NCBI GenBank assembly: GCA_054661495.1
Contig: BAAFSQ010000350.1
Location: 1 to 9,383 of the forward strand
DNA length: 9,383 nucleotides
Reading direction: 5' to 3'
From: Zygophlyctis sp. KS116
Lineage: Eukaryota; Fungi; Chytridiomycota
Of this stretch, positions 1-6,858 are shown piece by piece. The notes beneath the pieces are model-generated. The model had not been told where the DNA came from. It ran no database searches and worked only from the letters and a program-made list of their open reading frames with translations. Made by a program: the position numbers and the translations under genes. How positions within the stretch are numbered: the first letter of the stretch is position 1; each line of letters opens with the position of its first letter.

Positions 1-2
1 AC

Positions 3-186
3 ATTGAAAATGTAACAAATCTCAAAATTAAAAATTTGAGAACAGACAATGGAGGCGAATTTACTAGTCATCAGTTTAGAGATTTCTTACAGGAATATGG
101 TATAAAGAATGAGACAACATGAGACTATACACCCCAACAAAATGGAGTTGCTGAACGCCTGAATAGGACGATTTTGGATAGAGTAC
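3..186 (+). pseudogene. Ty1/copia retrotransposon integrase core fragment (rve domain), truncated
   Basis: Frame 3 reads IENVTNLKIKNLRTDNGGEFTSHQFRDFLQEYGIKNETT*DYTPQQNGVAERLNRTILDRV. LRTDNGGEF and YTPQQNGVAERLNRT are copia-type DDE integrase motifs. In-frame TGA at 120-122; similarity stops abruptly near 186. Confidence 0.93.
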
Positions 187-210
187 CTATATTTAAATGA
201 AGATTCATAC
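187..210 (-). other. Putative 24-nt spliceosomal micro-intron
   Basis: GTATGAATCTTCATTTAAATATAG directly follows the VLEN codons and has the same GTA...TTTRAA...TAG layout as the other two. The downstream exon is lost at the junction with the copia fragment, so the frame cannot be tested. Confidence 0.45.
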
Positions 211-437
211 ATTTTCCAGTACCGTGAGTACTCCTGCTGTTCTCAGAATCATTCCAGGAAGTTTAGAGTACTCTGCATTAAGATCCTCATCTTGAGAGCT
301 ATTTCTGAGGGATGATATAGAATTAAAAATTTCATCAAACTTAAGTTGACCCAGTGATTTGTCTCATTATGACGCATAACCCTAAAAAGCTCATCTTCCA
401 TAGTTTAAATTCTACATTAAAATTAGAAATCAAGAAT

Positions 438-463
438 CTAGCTATTTAAATAAATTGAACTAC
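438..463 (-). other. Putative 26-nt spliceosomal micro-intron
   Basis: GTAGTTCAATTTATTTAAATAGCTAG. Removal joins GAA CG|A TTC TTG, restoring the Arg-finger-like motif DALLERFL. Confidence 0.62.
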
Positions 464-649
464 CGTTCAAGTAATGCGTCATGATTTGATCATGGCGGTT
501 GAGAAATTAAATTATTGTTTCTGGGTGGATAGAACCTATAAAGTTGAATGCCACTTTGTCGACCTCTGTTGCCCCCGTATTTTAGTAATATATTTTAACT
601 GGCCACCTCCGTTTAAAACTTAAATACGTGTTTCAGAGCTTATTTTCGT

Positions 650-681
650 CTATATTTCAAACATTTTCAGTTACCGTTTAC
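650..681 (-). other. Putative 32-nt spliceosomal micro-intron
   Basis: GTAAACGGTAACTGAAAATGTTTGAAATATAG. Removal joins TTC G|AC GAA (F-D-E) in frame and removes an in-frame stop. Confidence 0.55.
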
Positions 682-811
682 CGAATACAATTTGTTTAAA
701 AAAGCCTCCTACTGCTTCCCCCTTTTGCGACTGCCCATAGGATTGATTATATGTTCCCAAAGACTTCCGTGTAGGGTAAGGATGAAATCGATCCAAAACA
801 AAAAAAATTCA

Positions 812-855
812 GTGGATCAAGCTTGTTGGCTGAGAGTATCAGGTCATATGAAAAA
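812..855 (+). pseudogene. 44-bp fragment of a Ty3/gypsy integrase from a family related to element 1
   Basis: Encodes GSSLLAESIRSYEK versus GSSLLADSIKSYER at 3669-3710; 34/44 nt match 3667-3710 by hand count. Confidence 0.8.
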
Positions 856-1262
856 GGACTCAAGTAAACGGAATTAGTGAAGATCTTTGGAAGAGATACT
901 TTATTAAAGGATTACAAGATCATATACAAATTGAGGCAATTAAGTTCAATCTAGATGACCCTGAGGCATCTTTGGCCCAGATGTATCAAAGATTGACAAC
1001 TTTAGGCGATGCTTTATGGGCTCAAAAGGGTACAACTCGATCTAGAAATGATCCAATGGATTTGTCGTCAATGGAGAAGACAAATGGAAAAACATATGCG
1101 GGTTACAAAAAGACAAGAGACAAAAGCAATTTGAAATGCTTTAAATGTGGTAATTTGGGGCATTTTAGAAGAGAATGCAAAGGGAAAGAACTCAATGTTG
1201 CAGAAATAGCAGCTGAGTCGAAAGGTGATGAATCTAATGGATCAAAGCCGGGTTTTCAGTAG
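852..1262 (+). pseudogene. gag: Gag C-terminal part (capsid C-terminus plus CCHC nucleocapsid), element 1
   Basis: The frame of ORF 972-1262 is open from 852: KRTQVNGISEDLWKRYFIKGLQDHIQ...DPMDLS...CFKCGNLGHFRREC (CX2CX4HX4C at 1137-1178), stop TAG 1260-1262. No genuine start codon. Confidence 0.9.
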
Positions 1263-1297
1263 GGACATCCAAAATCCCAGATGTCTTAGAAAAGGGT
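1250..1297 (+). promoter_or_regulatory. Programmed -1 ribosomal frameshift signal between gag and pol
   Basis: G GGT TTT heptamer (1250-1256) in the gag frame, 5-nt spacer, stem GGGACATC (1262-1269)/GATGTCTT (1280-1287). The pol (-1) frame is open from 1238 and overlaps the gag stop. Confidence 0.8.
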
Positions 1298-3307
1298 AAA
1301 AAGGAAGTAAAATGGAATTTATTTCAAATTCAGGTGGTGCATACTTCTAAAGGGATGATGACAGCATTAATCGATTCAGGAGCAGAAGCTAACTTTATTA
1401 AAAAGGAAACAGCTAGGGAATTGAACTTAAATATTAAAGATGTGGATCCGGAGTTATCTATTAGAGTTGCAAATGGGGATTTGTTAAAGTCCGATGGCAG
1501 GGTGGATTTACAGGTGGATGGCAATCCGGTCGAGTTATTTGTCGCACCTATTGCTGCTAAGGCTGATCTTATCCTTGGGTTTCCTTGGATGAAAGATTAT
1601 GGTGTTCAGTTTGACTACGTTAACAATCGTATAACGTATGATAAGGATGTTCGTTCAAAAGATATTATCTCAGTAAAAGGGGTAAGAAAGTGGATAAAAA
1701 AAGCTCAATTATTGGAATTACATACTGTGGAGATAAGAGCTATAGGAGATGAAGCAGAGATTAAACAAGTGGATTCTAAAACTAGTAAAGTCAAAGAGTT
1801 AACCAAGCCAATTAAGGAGTTGCTTGGGAGATTTCCTGGTGTGTATCCAATGGAGCCGAAGCTTATTGAACCTGCTGCGGATCGAGAATTGCTAACTCAA
1901 CCGGCAATGAGGATTGATACTGGAGATGCTGAGCCAATTAAGTTGCCATATTATAAAATGGGACCTGCGGATCTCGATGAATTAAAGAAACAGTTAAAGA
2001 AGCTAATGGAGGCTAGATTGATAAGACCGAGTGTTAGTCCTTGGGGTGCTCCGGTTCTATTTGTGAAAAAGAAAGATGGTTCAAAGCGGTTATGTATTGA
2101 TTATCGGGCGTTGAACAAGGTGACTAAGGCAGATGCTTACCCAATGCCTCGAATACAGGAATCCTTGGATCAATTGTCGAAGGCAAGAATATATAGTAAG
2201 TTAGATGCAACCTGGGGGTTTTGGCAGAATCCTGTGGCAACTAAAGATGTTCCAAAGACTGCTTTTAATACTAGGTACGGTGCGTACGAATTCTAAGTGA
2301 CGCCGTTTGGTTTAAAGAACTCACCCAGTGCTTTTCAAAGAATGATGGATGAGGTTCTCAAGGAGTATATTGATGATTTTGTCATCGTTTATATCGATGA
2401 TTTATTGATTTACTCAAAGACTCTAGAAGATCATATGAAGCATTTAGAGCTGGTTTCTCAGAGATTAAAAGACTATAACATTCAAATAAATATGAAGAAG
2501 AGTGAATTTCTTCAGGAGTCAGTGATTTATTGTGGGTATAAAATAGCTCAAGGGACAGTTAGAATTGATGAAAGTAAGATAGTAGCTATAAAATCATGGC
2601 CAGTGCCGACAAATTCCAGTGCAGTAAGGTCGTTTTCGGGATTTTTGGGTTATTATCGGAAGTTTATCAAGGACTTTGGGACTTTGGCAGCTCCTTTACA
2701 TTCGATTTCAGGGACTAAATCTCAATGGAAATGGACTAGTATAGAGGAAAATTCTTTTAATGAATTAAAACAAGCTATGATAAGTGATCCAGTGTTGGTT
2801 TTCCCTGATGATGATTTGGTTTTTCATATCTGGCCAGATGCTTCTCCATGGGCTGTTGGTGGGGTATTAACTCAAGATCGTGGGACAGGACATCAACCTA
2901 TTGCATATGAATATCATAAACTTTCCAAAGCAGACTTAAATTATCCACATCATGAAAAAGAAATATTGGCAATGTTACATTGTTTGAGGAAGTGGCGGTA
3001 CTATTTTGAAGGGCGTAAATTTATTGTTCACTCAGATAATTCTACTGTAGTAAGGTTATCAACTGTTAAGGATCCTCATCGGCGATTGCAACGATGGATT
3101 CAAGAATATCAGTATTGGTCACCGGATATTGTGTATGAACCGGGGCAATTTAATCCTGCTGATGGACCTTCTAGGTTGAATATGGATACAGGGAATGATA
3201 AAGATAATGATGCATTTTCTGATCTCGATATTTTTGGTCCTTTACCAACAGATCTGGCCGTCAATCTTATAAGATTAGAGGAATGGAACATGGAAATTGA
3301 TGAATAA

Positions 3308-4478
3308 GTTGATTGGCCTTTAATTATAGCTAAGTATATTGAATATGGTAGTTGGCCAGAGGGTCTTTCTGTTGGCTGGGAAAAGTGGTGTGCTCGTGAA
3401 CTGTCGAATTTTGAAGTACATGGAGACTTGTTGTGTCGGTTAAGAGAGGGAGGAGGATCTATTCCTTACTTGCCATATAAGGAAAGATCATGTGTAGTGG
3501 AGAAATATCATGTAGCTCTTGGAGCATATTATCACTGCTATCGATTATGCAACCAGGTGGGTTGTCTGTAAGGCAGTAAAAAAAATGGATGCAAACACGG
3601 TTGCTGAATTTTTATACAATTATATTTTGATTAATTATGGTGCACCGTATGAAATATTTTCTGATCGTGGATCATCATTGTTGGCAGATAGTATCAAGAG
3701 TTATGAAAGATTACAGAAGATTAAACATCGAGCAAGTACACCTTATCATCCTCAAACAAATGGGATGGTAGAGAGAATGCATGCAATGCTAAGAGGAGTG
3801 ATTGCTAAACTAGGAGAGGGACAACCAGACAGATGGGACGAATTCTTACCTCAAGCTATATTTAGTCTCACAGTTAGAACACACGAGGTGACTAAATTCA
3901 GTCCATTCTATTTGCTTTATGGAATAGAACCTAGATTGCCTACAGACACGAATCCACTAAGGACATCAATGATGCCTTTGGATGAGATTGAACAAATGGA
4001 GGAGAGGCATGAATTTATAGCAAGAATATTTGAGGAGTTGGGATATGATAGAGCGGCTGCTTATCATAATTCAGAATCTCAGGCACTCAGAATGAAAAAA
4101 TATTATGATGATAAGAAAAAAACGGACGGAAATTATTATGAAATCAATGATTGGGTGAAATTAAAAAATTATGGAAAAACGAAGTTTGAGTTTAATTGGA
4201 AAGGACCTAATCATATAGTGGGTTACGGTATTGCACCATCTACATATTATATTATGGATTCAAATGGTAGACGATTGGATTATACAGTTGCACATGATAA
4301 TTTAGCTCCGTGGGTGGTACCTTTAGGATCAAATCAGGATTATAATTATGATCCTGTTGTTCGAGAAATTGCTGATCCAGCGCCCATTCCTTTCGGCAAA
4401 TCATGTGAAGGGCGAACTGAAAAATATAAAAGATCTAAACAAAAAATTGGCATTCCTATTCGTGTCCCCTCTAATTAA
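3308..4478 (+). pseudogene. Integrase region of element 1, lacking most of the HHCC finger and the first catalytic Asp; no chromodomain
   Basis: Frame 2 reads VDWPLIIAKY...IPYLPYKERSCVVEKYHVALG up to 3523, then frame 3 continues HIITAIDYATRW. The matching segment of element 2 (HMQ...YYWP...CPQC...WGIDF) is absent. Confidence 0.88.
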
Positions 4479-4557
4479 AATTGAATTGAATTTGGGAATT
4501 TAGGAATTTTAAAATGATGGGATATTTATATGACAGAAGAAATCTATTTATCTATTT

Positions 4558-4570
4558 AAGAGGGGGATGA
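4558..4570 (+). promoter_or_regulatory. Polypurine tract, element 1
   Basis: AAGAGGGGGATGA immediately before TGTTA, 80 nt after the pol stop. Confidence 0.85.
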
Positions 4571-4739
4571 TGTTAAATTACGACTAACATTAGACTGTAA
4601 GTCATGATCTGATTAACCGATTCAATCTAATAGTTATTTTAGGAATTCTATTTCTGAACACATCTTAAAATAGCAGTTTATAAATAGATTCTTTACCTGA
4701 ATAAACAGAATCAGACTTATCTTTACTTTGAGAATAACA
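4571..4739 (+). repeat. 3' LTR of element 1 (169 bp)
   Basis: Starts TGTTA after the PPT and ends TAACA; contains TATAAATA (4679-4686) and AATAAA (4700-4705). The partner LTR is not in the window, so the right end is inferred. Confidence 0.78.
4679..4705 (+). promoter_or_regulatory. TATA box and polyadenylation signal within LTR 1
   Basis: TATAAATA at 4679-4686 followed by AATAAA at 4700-4705, the usual order in an LTR. Confidence 0.55.
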
Positions 4740-4743
4740 CATC

Positions 4744-4860
4744 TGTTACATTTCACAAGCTGCTTTCTAATGGATGTTACATTTCACATATTTCACAAGC
4801 TGCTTTCTAATGCTTTCTATGGCTTATATTCGCTGCTTTCTAATGCTTTCCATGGCTTAT
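4744..4860 (+). repeat. Nested tandem repeats in the U3 region of LTR 2
   Basis: LTR terminus unit duplicated (4744-4774, and again from 4775); GCTGCTTTCTAATG three times (4759, 4799, 4832); 29-bp GCTGCTTTCTAATGCTTTCYATGGCTTAT twice with period 33; ATTTCACA microrepeat with period 9. Confidence 0.92.
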
Positions 4861-5032
4861 CTTCTCATTCACGTGTTGTTTCTAAGCTCAAATGATCTTA
4901 AGTGTATAGGAATTGGTTGTCTTGTTAACAAAGCTCATCTCTTTTTGATCCTTGTTAATTCTGTCTACTGAGTTCTATATCTGTATTTGAACTTATCTAT
5001 TTCTTAGTCTTCCTCGCTCCTGCTTCGTAACA
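4744..5032 (+). repeat. 5' LTR of element 2 (289 bp)
   Basis: TGTTAC...GTAACA 6-bp terminal inverted repeat. 4744-4810 matches 9308-9383 exactly apart from one 9-nt indel. Confidence 0.88.
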
Positions 5033-5034
5033 GT

Positions 5035-5044
5035 TTAACAAGAC
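5035..5044 (+). promoter_or_regulatory. Candidate self-priming primer-binding site (Tf1/sushi type)
   Basis: TTAACAAGAC, 2 nt after the LTR end, is the exact reverse complement of GTCTTGTTAA at 4919-4928 inside the LTR. There is no TGG-initiated tRNA site here. Confidence 0.65.
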
Positions 5045-5076
5045 CACAAAAAAAAATTATACTTTGCCTAGCTGTA

Positions 5077-6280
5077 ATGGACGAATTACCTTTTAATCGC
5101 CCGGGGACCCCCGTGTCCTCACAGAATATTGATCCCGCCTTGATTCAACAAATGTTGGTGGCTCTTACGAACCTTCAAATTCAAGCTCATGAATCACTTT
5201 GCACGGGATCCTAAGGTGCCGGATGTTCAGACCTTCAATGGACTTTTATCCCTCTCTCAAGGGGATAGGCAAACAGTTCTTGCTTATTGGACTCGGTTTT
5301 CCGAACTTAGGTCAGATATATCTCCAGGATCAGCACGCCCATTGTTTGAAAGAGGACTCAAGGATTTGCCTGAAGACTTAGATGGATTTGTGAGTGCTGT
5401 GGTGGAATTGGATAATCGTCTGAATCGTCTGAGAGAGGATCGTAAGGGAACTCATGGACAAAGTCAGTCTCGAGAGAAGTTTGGAATGTTTCGCAGGCCC
5501 ATGAATACTGCACATAAAGGTCCTACTCCTATGGAACTTGGGAATGTTGAAACTCAGGAAGAGGAAATTGTGAATGGAGTTGTTCTTTCAAATGGTAGAG
5601 AGAGGCTGGATGAAATCAGGATGATGGAACCAGCTATGCGTAGAAGAATTTGTATGGAGGAAAATCGATGTCACTATTGCAAAAGAGTAGTTGGTAATCC
5701 CCCTGCGCATTTAGCACGTACTTGCCCTTTGAACAAAAATAAAAGAACTGATTTCTATTCTGCTTTTTCTCGTGAGGATGGGCCTCAGAGGACATGGTTA
5801 CCAAAAAACTCTGCCTTGGAATTATCTGTGAACGTAGTATCGGAGGGAAATTCAAATTTACTTGTGAAGCATGGGAAATTGTCCGTTGGGAATTCTACAG
5901 TGGATGTAGACATTATGTTTGATTCGGGTGCCATGGGGAACGCATATATTGACCGTACTTATGCTGAGGATCATGGGTTTGCTTTCAAGGAAATTTGTCG
6001 CACAATAAAAGTTAAGTCCATAGATGGAAGCGAATGTGGTCCCGGGAAAATAGAATTCTTTGTAGAAGGAATAATCCGCTTTGAAGTTTTTTCTGAAGAA
6101 ATCAAGCTAATGGTGATAGAATCTCCTCGACATTCAATTCATGATGTATTTTCGACGTCTGAATTTCCTGCTCTACCACCTTCCCGAAAAGAGTCAGATC
6201 TGGCAATCGAGCTCGAGGATGGAAAAACGCCTCCCTTTGGTCCAATTTACTCTCTAAGGGTTCAGGAGGAAGTGGATTAA
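5077..6280 (+). pseudogene. gag: Gag plus aspartic protease, element 2
   Basis: ATG 5077 (MDELPFNRPG...QAHESL), frameshift near 5200 into ARDPKVPDVQTFNG...FERGLK...GPTPMELG; zinc knuckle 5669-5725; protease MFDSGA (D at 5921) in the same frame. A 1-nt deletion near 6276 creates TAA at 6278-6280. Confidence 0.9.
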
Positions 6281-6858
6281 AAAGATATCTTGATGGTGCT
6301 TTGGCGGCTGGCATAATCAGAAAATCTAAGTCTCCTGCGGGTGCTCCTGTCATGTTCGTCAAAAAATCAGACGGTTCGTTAAGGCTCTGTGTGGACTACC
6401 GAGGTCTTAATAACATAACCAAGACGAATCGTGCAGCTCTGCCTATCATCCGGGATATGCTGTTCAGAGCAAATGGAGCTAAGTACTATTCAAAGGTGGA
6501 TCTGAAGAGTGCTTTCAATCTGATTAGAATCTTTCGGGGACATGAATACATCACGGCTTTTTGAACTAAATACGGGCACTTTGAATATTCGGTAAAACCT
6601 TTTGGTCTTAAGAATGCTCCTGGGCAATTTCAGACTTTTATGAATTCTATTTTTGGCGATCTTATTGATAGAGGAGTTCTTGTATACATAGATGATTTAT
6701 TAATATACTCCGCATCAAAGGAGAGTCATGACAAACTTCTCTTAGACGTGTTCGATCGACTCCGTCGGAATGATCTAAAGGCTAACCCCAAGAAATGTTC
6801 ATTCTACCAGCCCCGTATGGAGTTTCTAGGTCATGTGATATCCGATGAAGGAGTGTAA
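6277..6858 (+). pseudogene. pol: Reverse transcriptase core, element 2
   Basis: LKRYLDGALAAGIIRKSKSPAGAPVMFVKKSDGSLRLCVDYRGLN...TAF*TKYGHFEY..PFGLKNAP...YIDD (6685-6696). Stops at 6562-6564 (TGA where Arg is expected) and 6856-6858. Confidence 0.95.

Larger units (their letters stand above)
187..810 (-). pseudogene. Decayed, intron-containing DUF3987/YfjI-like (MCM-related AAA+ helicase/ATPase) gene
   Basis: Minus-strand reconstruction: SLWEHIINPMGSRK (Walker A-like, 765-724) / EAVGGFFKQIVF-[intron]-DENKL*NTYLS / LNGGGQLKYITKIRG / ATEVDKVAFNFIGSIHPETII*FLNRHDQ / NHDALLER-[intron]-FLISN ... GQLKFDEIFNSISSLRNSSQDEDLNAEYSKLPGMILRTAGVLTVLEN. The order matches the family pattern as I recall it (LW..I..PG.xKS; GxIQP; DGLLxRFL; SKL....LR.A.VL). 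It requires several frameshifts, two stops (635-633, 509-507) and internal deletions. Confidence 0.62.
1238..4478 (+). pseudogene. pol: Pol polyprotein (protease, reverse transcriptase, RNase H, integrase), element 1
   Basis: Protease LIDSGA (D at 1373); [29 protein letters not shown] and YIDD (2390-2401); RNase H DAS...EKE...HSD; integrase SDRG...YHPQTNGMVER and WKGP. Premature TAA at 2294-2296 and 3305-3307; frameshifting deletion near 3524. Confidence 0.95.
852..4739 (+). mobile_element. Ty3/gypsy LTR retrotransposon 1, 5'-truncated and defective
   Basis: Domain order gag(CCHC)-PR-RT-RNaseH-IN, then PPT and a TGTTA...TAACA LTR. No 5' LTR, primer-binding site or gag N-terminus is present upstream. 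Confidence 0.95.

Noticed and set aside
366-486. Imperfect inverted repeat around ATGACGCAT (369-377) / ATGCGTCAT (474-482), suggesting a MITE
   Set aside because: Short, no target-site duplication seen, and the enclosed sequence reads as collinear parts of the helicase-like pseudogene.
715-726. Minus-strand purine run AAAAGGGGGAAG resembling a PPT
   Set aside because: Not followed by a TG-initiated LTR; it coincides with the inferred deletion junction in the pseudogene.
692-877. 61-aa plus-strand ORF
   Set aside because: TTG start, spans three unrelated fragments and lies antisense to the helicase-like relic.
4380-4478. Possible chromodomain or env-like ORF after either integrase
   Set aside because: Neither C-terminus shows chromodomain motifs, and the gaps to the PPT (about 80 and 190 nt) hold no such ORF.
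4744-4860. Repeats resembling a CRISPR array
   Set aside because: No unique spacers of regular length and no cas genes; the repeats lie inside an LTR.
4774-4971. 65-aa ORF with repeated CFLMLSMAY
   Set aside because: A by-product of the period-33 tandem repeat within the LTR.
2294-6858. In-frame TAA codons (2294, 3305, 6856) as a sign of a TAA=Gln code or programmed readthrough
   Set aside because: The 2294 codon sits where Leu is expected, long frames use CAA/CAG and lack TAA/TAG, gag and pol end in TAG/TAA, and frameshifts and deletions co-occur. Ordinary decay explains them.
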